Below, piece after piece: positions 56,656 through 64,000 of a stretch of DNA of 64,000 nt. The first letter of the stretch is position 1, and each line of letters starts with the position of its first letter. Both the position numbers and the translations under genes were made by a program. Where the stretch lies: sequence record MT939492.1, one strand, 5' to 3'. The notes under the pieces were generated by a model. It was given only the letters and a program-made list of their open reading frames with translations, searched no databases and was not told where the DNA came from.

Positions 56656-57177
56656 ATGGAAGAAACCACCCGTAACCCCAAGCGTCTGTATTTCCTGATC
56701 ATCAACGAAGCAAGTCAGCTGGATGCCATTGAACGCATGGCCCCACTGGGCCGGCGTATCAGCTGGGACGTCATGCGTGCCAACGCTACCGTCAAGGTTC
56801 TGGAAGATCTGGAAACCTCCAAGGAGACGCTCTCCAGGACCGAGATCGCCAAGCGTGAGGCAGAATACGTTCGTGCCGAAGTGGCTCGTCTGGCCATGGA
56901 GCGCACCCACGCTACCATTTACGTGGAGAGTGATATCTTCGAGCTGGGCACATCCACCGTCTACGGGAAGATGAACCACCTGCAGAAGATCAGGGAGATC
57001 CCCTACAGCGTCTTCTTCGTCACCAACGTGGCAGGCGTCTTTACCCAGACCCTGCGCATGCTGGTCCGCGCTGATCAGGAAATCCGCAGCTGCAACCCGA
57101 TGGCACAGCTGTTGGCAGGTAACCTGACTGGTCAGCCACTCAATCCCTTCAACCTCGAAGAACTGCGCAAGGATTAA
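56656..57177 (+). CDS. Hypothetical protein
   Basis: 173 aa, RBS GGGGAG. Confidence 0.65.
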   Translation: MEETTRNPKRLYFLIINEASQLDAIERMAPLGRRISWDVMRANATVKVLEDLETSKETLSRTEIAKREAEYVRAEVARLAMERTHATIYVESDIFELGTSTVYGKMNHLQKIREIPYSVFFVTNVAGVFTQTLRMLVRADQEIRSCNPMAQLLAGNLTGQPLNPFNLEELRKD

Positions 57178-57181
57178 ACCG

Positions 57182-57541
57182 TTGAGCATTTATCTCTTGG
57201 CCGCCAACTGCCTGGCCTTGGTGTTGGCGGTGGTATTGATGTGCGGACTTATCTGGTCCACTTGGCGCATCCACTGCACTTCGGCGATGTGCAAGGCCAA
57301 TACCGCCCTGACGATCTCGGCTACGGCTATCCTTGTTCTCACGGGGATTGTCAACGTGATCCTCTTCGTCAACGTCTGCGTGGGCGGACCATGCGATGAC
57401 AAGCTCTACCTGGGCCCACTGATCCTGTCCATGTCCAGCGTGCTGTTCACGGTCAGTGGTCTTCGTGCCTTGTGCGAACAGATCGACCGCGACAAACGTG
57501 CTCAGGCAGAAGGGCACGGTAACACCGACCGCATCTACTAA
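57182..57541 (+). CDS. Three-TM membrane protein, candidate holin
   Basis: 119 aa, three hydrophobic helices, charged C-tail, directly upstream of the amidase. Confidence 0.45.
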   Translation: MSIYLLAANCLALVLAVVLMCGLIWSTWRIHCTSAMCKANTALTISATAILVLTGIVNVILFVNVCVGGPCDDKLYLGPLILSMSSVLFTVSGLRALCEQIDRDKRAQAEGHGNTDRIY

Positions 57542-57553
57542 CGGAGTAACACC

Positions 57554-58105
57554 GTGCAAAAGCCGACAATGGAAGTAATGAAGAAGGAAGACATCCGTAT
57601 GGTAGTGGTGCATTGCACCGCCACCTATCCGGGCCAGGTCAAAGATGTGGTGAAGTGGGTGGAGGCCGGCCACAAGAACCGTGGCTTTGCAACCACCGGC
57701 TATCACTTCATCATCACCCGCGATGGTGTCCTGCATCAGTGCCGCCCTCTGCCGATGATGGGCGCGCATGAGCCTCTGGTCAATCGAATTTCGGTCGCCA
57801 TTGCCCTTGAAGGGGGCGTTGACCGGCAGAACAAACCCGAGGCCAATTACACCCCCGAGCAGTACCGGGCACTGGCGATCAAGATCTGGGACATGCAGAG
57901 CCAGTACAAGATCGAGAGCGTGATTGGTCATCGCGACCTCGGTGTCCCGAAAGCATGCCCGTGTTTCAACGTACCGGCGTGGTGGCATGACATTGGTTAT
58001 GCCTATGCCCTGGATTTCTACGGAGTTGTCAGCAGGGGCACCGGCCACGGAGTTGCCGCACGGGCCAAGCTCATCAATGAGCCACTGTCGGACAAGTACC
58101 GGTAA
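57554..58105 (+). CDS. N-acetylmuramoyl-L-alanine amidase (T7 lysozyme-like, Amidase_2)
   Basis: VVHCTAT, GYHFII, GAH...N..S..I.LEGG, GHRD...KACPCF zinc ligands. Confidence 0.9.
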   Translation: MQKPTMEVMKKEDIRMVVVHCTATYPGQVKDVVKWVEAGHKNRGFATTGYHFIITRDGVLHQCRPLPMMGAHEPLVNRISVAIALEGGVDRQNKPEANYTPEQYRALAIKIWDMQSQYKIESVIGHRDLGVPKACPCFNVPAWWHDIGYAYALDFYGVVSRGTGHGVAARAKLINEPLSDKYR

Positions 58106-58527
58106 TGGTCAGTCCCAACCGAGTGCGTGTACAACATGGCAATGTGGTGTATGAAAGCATCACCGCCGCTGTTGAGGCAACGGGCGTAAGTCGTAACCTG
58201 ATCAATGCCTATTGCAAGAAGCCTGAGGTCACCGGCTGGGAGAAGCTTGATCACCAGCCCGGTCCAAAGGTTTCTCACGCTGGAAATATCTGGTGCATCA
58301 AGGGAAAGATCTACCACACCAGCAAAGAGGCTGCAAACGCCAACGGCGTCACCAAGGCCTCTATTCGTTTCTGGGTCAATGATCCGGACAAGCCTGACTG
58401 TTACCGTGTCCTGAGCGATGGAACGCGTTACAAGGACACCCAGGCCCATCACAAACGCATCAAGCGGCGTAATGCCGACTCCCGGCGTTTCTATCACAAG
58501 AACAATCCACCCAGAGCCTCACTATGA
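58105..58527 (+). CDS. Protein with two NUMOD1-like HTH repeats
   Basis: YESITAAVEATGVSRNLI and YHTSKEAANANGVTKASI; no nuclease motif seen. Confidence 0.6.
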   Translation: MVSPNRVRVQHGNVVYESITAAVEATGVSRNLINAYCKKPEVTGWEKLDHQPGPKVSHAGNIWCIKGKIYHTSKEAANANGVTKASIRFWVNDPDKPDCYRVLSDGTRYKDTQAHHKRIKRRNADSRRFYHKNNPPRASL

Positions 58528-59024
58528 GCCGATACTACGGAAGTTACGGAACCCCTCGCAAGGCCGACTGGGAAACCCCCCGCCATCAACGTGGCTGGAG
58601 ATCCCGTGACGAACAACTGAGCGATCAGCGCGAACTGCTGGTTGACCTCATTCGTTCGGCAGCACGTCGTTATGCCAAGGAACTCTCGCATACCGACTAC
58701 CTCAGCCACGGCGAGTTCGTGATGCTGGCCAAGCTGGGCGAGGGCCGCTTCCTCACGGTCAAGTTCCCGGCCAACGCCATCCGTGAGCAGCCCTTCATCA
58801 TCATGCTCCAGAACCCGGAGCTGGTGCATCTGGATCGCCAGCCGGCATCCATCGCGCACATGGCCAACGACTACGACACGTTGGAAGACGAACTGAAGAA
58901 GGGCCGCATGGTCTTCTTCCAGCCCGGTTTCCCGCGCTTCGGCGAAGACGCCAAGCTGATTCGCGAGTGGCAGGAACTCGAAGCCACTCCCCTCCCGCCT
59001 CCCCAGAAGACCAAACGCCGATGA
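58524..59024 (+). CDS. Hypothetical protein
   Basis: 166 aa, ATGA overlap. Confidence 0.65.
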   Translation: MSRYYGSYGTPRKADWETPRHQRGWRSRDEQLSDQRELLVDLIRSAARRYAKELSHTDYLSHGEFVMLAKLGEGRFLTVKFPANAIREQPFIIMLQNPELVHLDRQPASIAHMANDYDTLEDELKKGRMVFFQPGFPRFGEDAKLIREWQELEATPLPPPQKTKRR

Positions 59025-59401
59025 GCGAAGAAAAGATCCGTTTCGATGCCGTGCTGGAACTGGCTGCTGCCAGTGCTGCCGACCTCTCCCAGAAGCGCTA
59101 CGCCGCTGCCAGCGATTTCGCCGGCCAGCTCAAGTGCATCCTGACCGATGCCCCGACGATCGTGAAGTTCTACGTGGAAGAGAACGGCACTCTGATCATT
59201 CCGATCAACGTCATGAGCGGCTTCAGCTTTGCCACTTCCAAGTCGGTGCAGGAAGACCCCCTGCTGCTGCCGATCCTGGAAGATATCGCACGTGACGCCA
59301 TCGGCGTGCTCGGTACGCGCATCATGCGTTCGGACCAGGGCGTGTGTGTAGTCGTGCCGGTCTTCTTCGGCAAGAACGAAGCGCCTGCCGAAACGGCATA
59401 A
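59021..59401 (+). CDS. Hypothetical protein
   Basis: 126 aa from ATG 59021. Confidence 0.65.
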   Translation: MSEEKIRFDAVLELAAASAADLSQKRYAAASDFAGQLKCILTDAPTIVKFYVEENGTLIIPINVMSGFSFATSKSVQEDPLLLPILEDIARDAIGVLGTRIMRSDQGVCVVVPVFFGKNEAPAETA

Positions 59402-59435
59402 TGGACGGGAGGCCCTTCGGGGCCTCCCTCTATGC
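59395..59435. terminator. GGCATA-hairpin-TATGC
   Basis: GGGAGGCCC-TTCG-GGGCCTCCC-TC-TATGC. Confidence 0.7.
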
Positions 59436-59506
59436 TGCACATTTTCTTTTGGCTGTAAAAGACGACCGGGGACCAGAATGATTTGGAGACATACCGGCCT
59501 ACCAAA

Positions 59507-59788
59507 ATGACGACCCGAAACACCCCCTGCCAGCACGGTCGGGACAATCTGGAAGTGACCGACGCAATCGCGCACTTCGGCAGCAAGAGCAAGATCATCG
59601 GCAAAGAGTACAAGTGTACGATCTGCGGATACATTCATTCTGACACCAGCGACCGCCTGCTCAGTTCACTGGTCAGTGACGATGGTCGGCAGCGCGGTGG
59701 ACAGCTTCCCGATCGCGTTGATCTGGAGAAGCATGCAGCTACGGACAGCGACTGGAACAACTTCGACTCAGCTCGCAGGGCGGGCTGA
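59507..59788 (+). CDS. Small zinc-ribbon-like protein
   Basis: CQH ... YKCTICG; start uncertain. Confidence 0.5.
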   Translation: MTTRNTPCQHGRDNLEVTDAIAHFGSKSKIIGKEYKCTICGYIHSDTSDRLLSSLVSDDGRQRGGQLPDRVDLEKHAATDSDWNNFDSARRAG

Positions 59789-59814
59789 TCGAGAAAGATT
59801 CAAACAGGAAATAG

Positions 59815-59826
59815 ACCTACATTACC
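59815..59826 (+). promoter_or_regulatory. Candidate phage early promoter core
   Basis: ACCTACATTACC; CCTACATTACCTA is identical to the 30686 copy. Confidence 0.5.
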
Positions 59827-60016
59827 TAAGGGAGTCATGCCTTCAAAAGCTGAAGCTCCCTAGGGTCATGAGGTCTATCTTTTGTAGGCCCGCGTCTTTT
59901 CTCCAAACTTCCCAATTGAGACCCTGAATAAATGTACTTAGCGCCTCCACAGTGAACTCCTGCATGCGAAAAGGGAGAGATCTGTGGCAGGAATATCCCT
60001 GCTAGAGTTTGCTCCA

Positions 60017-60613
60017 ATGTTCAACCTGATCAAGTCCCTGCTGGTTTTCATGGTCGTACTGAGCCTGAGTGCCTGTACCCTGTTCCAGCCCAAGCAGCAA
60101 GTCGTCACCAGCAACATTGTCATGGCTCCGATCGAGGCCGTGATCCTTCCTGTCAACATTGAAGTTGACCCGCTCCCGATTGTGGAGCTACCTGTTCCAA
60201 TCGTACCGCTTAACGAACGTTACATTGTGAAGCTCACCGACGCCGAAGTGCAATGCATGGCGCGGACGATCTATCACGAAGCCAAGGGTGAAAGTGAAGT
60301 AGGAATGCGCGCCGTAGGGTATCTGACCCTCAATCGCGCAGCGCATCCAGCTTATCCAAAATCCATCTGTGGAGTCATCCACTCCAAATACCAGGGTAGA
60401 TACGAATACAACTGGGTGGGAATGAAGTTACCGATCCGCGAGCAGGACCGCTACGCAATGGCTCTCAAAGTGAGTCGCGACGTTTTGACACGGACCGTAC
60501 CCAACCCCATCGACGACAGCTTGTTCTTCAGGAACAAGTCTGCCCACCGGCAACTGCGCTATGAACGCTACGTTGCAACCATCGGCAATCATCGCTTCTA
60601 CGCCAGGCGATAG
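60017..60613 (+). CDS. SleB-like cell-wall hydrolase (Hydrolase_2) lipoprotein
   Basis: Lipobox LSAC; CMARTIYHEAKGES..G..AVG....NR, YPKSICGVI, IGNHRFY. Confidence 0.85.
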   Translation: MFNLIKSLLVFMVVLSLSACTLFQPKQQVVTSNIVMAPIEAVILPVNIEVDPLPIVELPVPIVPLNERYIVKLTDAEVQCMARTIYHEAKGESEVGMRAVGYLTLNRAAHPAYPKSICGVIHSKYQGRYEYNWVGMKLPIREQDRYAMALKVSRDVLTRTVPNPIDDSLFFRNKSAHRQLRYERYVATIGNHRFYARR

Positions 60614-60629
60614 CCCCGAGATTCCCTGC

Positions 60630-60662
60630 CTCCCACTCCCTGCAGCGGGGAGTGGGGGGTTT
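60630..60662 (+). terminator. Hairpin
   Basis: CTCCCACTCCC-TGCAGCG-GGGAGTGGGGG followed by TTT. Confidence 0.6.
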
Positions 60663-60695
60663 ATTCCCCTCCGCTGCGACAAGTGAACAACGACC

Positions 60696-61013
60696 ATGAG
60701 CAATACCAATCCGCTGTACTACGCACTGGCCGAAGAAGGCTTCCTGATCCGCGAACTGGATCGCTACAACGTCAACGACCCGGCTGAAGCCGACAAGTTG
60801 CACGAAGAGCAGGATGGCGACTACCTGGCCATGCAGGACAACCTGCAGCACTTCCGTCGCGTCATCGGCACCGACAACCTGCACAGCCGCAGCTTCGCTC
60901 TGGATACCGATGAACTGATCCTCACCGAGATCAACGACGAAGATTCCGACAAGCACGACCTGGTCTACGATGGCAGCATCATCGACGAAGCCCTGAAGCG
61001 CCACGGCTTCTGA
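60696..61013 (+). CDS. Acidic hypothetical protein
   Basis: 105 aa, strong codon bias. Confidence 0.65.
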   Translation: MSNTNPLYYALAEEGFLIRELDRYNVNDPAEADKLHEEQDGDYLAMQDNLQHFRRVIGTDNLHSRSFALDTDELILTEINDEDSDKHDLVYDGSIIDEALKRHGF

Positions 61014-61021
61014 TGCAGTCG

Positions 61022-61054
61022 GCCGAGAGGGGTCCGCCCTCTCGGCTTTATGCC
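61022..61054 (+). terminator. Hairpin + TATGCC
   Basis: GCCGAGAGGG-GTCCG-CCCTCTCGGC-TT-TATGCC. Confidence 0.7.
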
Positions 61055-61139
61055 CTTTGGCGAGAGAATGTAAAACTCGCCACCCCTGACTCATCCGATG
61101 CTGAAACCAGCGCACCCAACCGAACACGAGAGAAAATCA

Positions 61140-61922
61140 ATGCAACAGTTCCACTGGATCGTTTCCAACTCCCGCTCCGCTGCTCTTGCCGAAGCCCAGC
61201 GCCGGGGCTGTGACCCCATCTATTCGACCTCCGGCTTCCGTGCCGACAGCGTCGATGCCAGTTTCCTGGACCATGACAACGACGCCGACGACGCCGTTGG
61301 TCTGAACCGCATCTTCAACACCAACTTCGGTCGTCATCGTGGCGATGAAACGACCAAGCTGATGGAGACGCTGGAACGCGAAGGCTGCACCGGTCCGGTT
61401 GCATTCATCACCATCGTGCAGGACCACAGCGCCAGTGAGTTCCACTGGGCCGAGCTGATGGACAAGTGGGTGATCTACTTCTCCGCACTGGACGATGAAA
61501 CCCGCCGTCGTGTGCAGACCATGGAAGGTCAGCTGCTGGGCAGCAAGACCATCCTGTCGGCCACCACCGTCACCGCACTGCTCGAAGTGAACGGCAAGGT
61601 GCGCACCAAGGCCATCAAGTCGCCGAAGAAGGACCGCAGTCGCGACCCGCGTCAGAGCCGTCCGTCCGGCGATCGTCCCCGTGGTCCGCGTCCGCCGGCG
61701 CCGGGCAAAGAACTGGCCACCAGCATGTCTGGCCGTACGATCGAGGTGAGCAAGCCTCGTCGTGGTCAGGAACCTGCGCCGAAGTTCCATGAGCGCAATG
61801 CTCCGGCTCCGAAGTTCCACGAGAAGCCGACCAAGGCGATGGAAGGTCCGAAGGCTTCCCCGGTGGAACTGCAGGACTGGCAGAAGAAGCTGTCCGGTCA
61901 CTTCGGGGGTAACAATGGATAA
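61140..61922 (+). CDS. Hypothetical protein with basic low-complexity tail
   Basis: 260 aa from ATG 61140; PAPKFHE repeated twice. Confidence 0.65.
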   Translation: MQQFHWIVSNSRSAALAEAQRRGCDPIYSTSGFRADSVDASFLDHDNDADDAVGLNRIFNTNFGRHRGDETTKLMETLEREGCTGPVAFITIVQDHSASEFHWAELMDKWVIYFSALDDETRRRVQTMEGQLLGSKTILSATTVTALLEVNGKVRTKAIKSPKKDRSRDPRQSRPSGDRPRGPRPPAPGKELATSMSGRTIEVSKPRRGQEPAPKFHERNAPAPKFHEKPTKAMEGPKASPVELQDWQKKLSGHFGGNNG

Positions 61923-62820
61923 TACCCCAGAACAACCCGCAGCGCCGGTGGCGGAATACGTTCCGCACCTCAGGCTGGTCAAGGCAGTCGAGCAGTTCTC
62001 CGGCAGGGCGCCGTATACGGTCACGGTGGAGGGTGTGAATCCCGATCAGCAGGAAGACCTCGCTTCACTGATCGCCGCCTTCCTGGCCAACACGTTCCCC
62101 AAGAATCGCGTGTTCCTCAAGATGGCAACGCGTCCGAGTTGGTCGGCGTCTGAAGAAGGCGTGCAAGATCTTACCGCTCATCTCGCCGGCGAGGACAATT
62201 GCGGCGGACTCGGCGTCGGCAAAAATCGCACCGCACACGACTTCGACAATATCCTGGTGCGTGACGGACCGGCGGACCACCCCGCGTGGACCATGGACCC
62301 ACCGAGCTACCAGATCCCGGAAAACAGCGCGATGTATCTGGAAGCCGAACGCAAGGTAACTGGACCTTTCCCGTTCCTGTTCCCGACCGAGGCCTTCAGC
62401 TACGTCGGTAAGAAGCTGGCTGTCACGGCAATCGTGCTTCATGTCACTGAATCGGCAGGTGACATGGTAGTTCGTCTGGATAAGCCGGTTATCCTCAGGC
62501 CGAAGAATGCGATGATCGAAGCGGAAGAACAGATCCGCAAGGTTATCCGCAATCGCGAGCAGATGGAAGCCGATCACATCCCGATCGCCGGCGGTGTCCG
62601 TAGTCCTCCTGCGAAGATGCCGGGCCTTACGCTCTTCGGTTCTTCCGAGGATCAGCGCAGGGAGATCGAAGTCGCAGTCCATTTGTCCCTGGTCATCGAC
62701 TGCATCCACCACACGATCGATTATGCCATCACCAACATCCCGCTGCTTCGCGGTAAGCGCAGCAAGGTGGTTCCGTTGGGGTTGGTCATCGACCTCATCG
62801 ACGAACCCGACGTGGAGTAA
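61915..62820 (+). CDS. Hypothetical protein
   Basis: 301 aa from ATG 61915. Confidence 0.6.
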   Translation: MDNTPEQPAAPVAEYVPHLRLVKAVEQFSGRAPYTVTVEGVNPDQQEDLASLIAAFLANTFPKNRVFLKMATRPSWSASEEGVQDLTAHLAGEDNCGGLGVGKNRTAHDFDNILVRDGPADHPAWTMDPPSYQIPENSAMYLEAERKVTGPFPFLFPTEAFSYVGKKLAVTAIVLHVTESAGDMVVRLDKPVILRPKNAMIEAEEQIRKVIRNREQMEADHIPIAGGVRSPPAKMPGLTLFGSSEDQRREIEVAVHLSLVIDCIHHTIDYAITNIPLLRGKRSKVVPLGLVIDLIDEPDVE

Positions 62821-62827
62821 CACGAAG

Positions 62828-63145
62828 ATGTCCAAGGGACAAGACATCCGCGAAACGGCTATGGGCAAACTGAAGCTCATTGAGGAGCAGGTGCTATTCG
62901 TCGAAGGAACGCTGGGTATGCTTGACCTGCCCACGCCTGCCGGCACCACGCGCACATCGAAGATCACCAACCTGTTGTCCAGGGGAACTGGTCTGCCTAG
63001 TGAGCATAGCGAGGAGCTGCTCAATCTGGGAGTTGCCATGGCATACGGTCGTGAGAACCACCGTGACCTGGACAGCATCGAGCTGCGCCACAACGGCGAT
63101 GACACCATCGACCTCCACGCACGTTTTGCACCAAAGGGACCGTAA
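62828..63145 (+). CDS. Paralogous family protein 1
   Basis: 105 aa from ATG 62828; aligns with 63149..63433. Confidence 0.65.
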   Translation: MSKGQDIRETAMGKLKLIEEQVLFVEGTLGMLDLPTPAGTTRTSKITNLLSRGTGLPSEHSEELLNLGVAMAYGRENHRDLDSIELRHNGDDTIDLHARFAPKGP

Positions 63146-63148
63146 CCG

Positions 63149-63433
63149 ATGGAAGAGTCCGAAAACGCTCCAAACCTCGTCGATCTTGTCGATGTGAGTG
63201 ACATCGGCAATCCGACCAAGCTGGCCACAGGTCTGCGCAAGTCCCGTCTGGAATCGATGCTCAGCTCGGGCACGACTCTGGACCAGGGTAGGGCGCAGGA
63301 TCTGCTCAACGGCCACATCAACGCAGCCTTCGGTGAAGACAACTACCGGGGGCTGGACACGATCGAAATCCAGCGCAACTTTAGCGACGTAGTCGTGGTG
63401 CGAGCCACGTTCCGTCCCAAAGACAAGGACTGA
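63149..63433 (+). CDS. Paralogous family protein 2
   Basis: 94 aa; shares LS.GT.L...LLN...A.G..N.R.LD.IE...N...A.F.PK with the upstream gene. Confidence 0.65.
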   Translation: MEESENAPNLVDLVDVSDIGNPTKLATGLRKSRLESMLSSGTTLDQGRAQDLLNGHINAAFGEDNYRGLDTIEIQRNFSDVVVVRATFRPKDKD

Positions 63434-63434
63434 A

Positions 63435-63770
63435 ATGTCTCTTACGTTCCAACCAGCAAAAGCCCTTCGACCCGTCGTCAATGTGGGCGAGTACCTCGAC
63501 CCCGCCAAGCGACCCGAAGGCGCTGTCATCTACGGTTCACCCAACCCCCGTTTCTGCGGGCCGGTTGATGTGGATGAACTTCGTCGCCTCGCCATGGCAG
63601 TTGGCATCAACGTCGACGAAGAGAAGGCTGTTGTCGAACGGTTCTGCGAACGCCTCAAGTCACGCATGGCCGTGATTCCCCAGGTTCCGGTTCTGCCGGA
63701 TCAACCCGAGGGAGGTGAGCAGCCGTTCATCGTCCTCGATTCCCTTTCGCTTTATCTGGAGCAGAAGTAG
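63435..63770 (+). CDS. Hypothetical protein
   Basis: 111 aa ORF. Confidence 0.6.
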   Translation: MSLTFQPAKALRPVVNVGEYLDPAKRPEGAVIYGSPNPRFCGPVDVDELRRLAMAVGINVDEEKAVVERFCERLKSRMAVIPQVPVLPDQPEGGEQPFIVLDSLSLYLEQK

Positions 63771-64000
63771 TGTCCAATTCCAAGAAGCCGGTCTACGTCA
63801 CCGAACAGGACGAACCGATCGAAGAGCGCGTCCTCGCCAATGCGCGCTACGATACCACCCTGGCCCGCATCGCCGATGGTCAGCGTGACGACGGCAAGAT
63901 GCGCCGCGCGCGTATCGAGGGTCTGCTGAGCGACGGTGTCGCCCCCAATACCCGCTACCAGGCCCTGAACGCCGCGCAGTCGGCTGCCGGCGGCTACGGT
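63770..64000 (+). CDS. Paralogous family protein 3 (truncated by window end)
   Basis: GTG 63770; manual translation includes RRARIEGLLSDG, matching RKSRLESMLSSG and RTSKITNLLSRG. Confidence 0.55.
   Translation, partial: MSNSKKPVYVTEQDEPIEERVLANARYDTTLARIADGQRDDGKMRRARIEGLLSDGVAPNTRYQALNAAQSAAGGYG

Noticed and set aside
1-64000. Stop-codon reassignment
   Set aside because: TAG, TGA and TAA all end genes cleanly, followed by RBSs or hairpins, and conserved enzymes are intact under the standard code
1-64000. tRNA, rRNA, CRISPR array, transposase/integrase
   Set aside because: No cloverleaf or T-loop consensus, no regularly spaced direct repeats and no recombinase motifs were found by eye; tRNAscan-SE would be the decisive check

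Overview
This window is a 64-kb segment of a GC-rich phiKZ-like jumbo phage genome (Chimalliviridae-like). The host is most likely a Gram-negative proteobacterium, judging by the spanins and an SspB homologue. Bases 1-20.2 kb hold a conserved module: a split family-B DNA polymerase subunit followed by virion, inner-head and baseplate genes whose order matches the phiKZ gp082-gp101 region. That match is from recall and was not checked against a database. Bases 20.3-64 kb are almost entirely plus-strand accessory genes. They include dTTP supply (DHFR, Tmk, ThyA, Dcd, a MazG-like NTP-PPase) and dispersed lysis functions (a PG-binding muramidase, a T7-type amidase with a candidate holin, overlapping spanins and a SleB-like lipoprotein). 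There are also many small hypothetical and paralogous proteins. The most notable observations are these. (1) A phage SspB (ClpXP adaptor) has an intact ClpX-binding tail, and a second, unrelated protein ends in a very similar tail. (2) One protein carries two translation initiation factor IF2 N-terminal-like repeats. (3) About 27 intergenic GC hairpins mostly lack U-tracts and many are flanked by TATGCC/GGCATA. (4) A repeated TTTCA-n-CTAYAYTAYC promoter-like motif precedes host-interaction genes. (5) There is a stand-alone degenerate Hint domain and an inactive prohead-protease paralogue. (6) Several structured intergenic regions are ncRNA candidates. I found no tRNA, rRNA, CRISPR array or transposase. 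All family assignments come from motif recognition, not searches.
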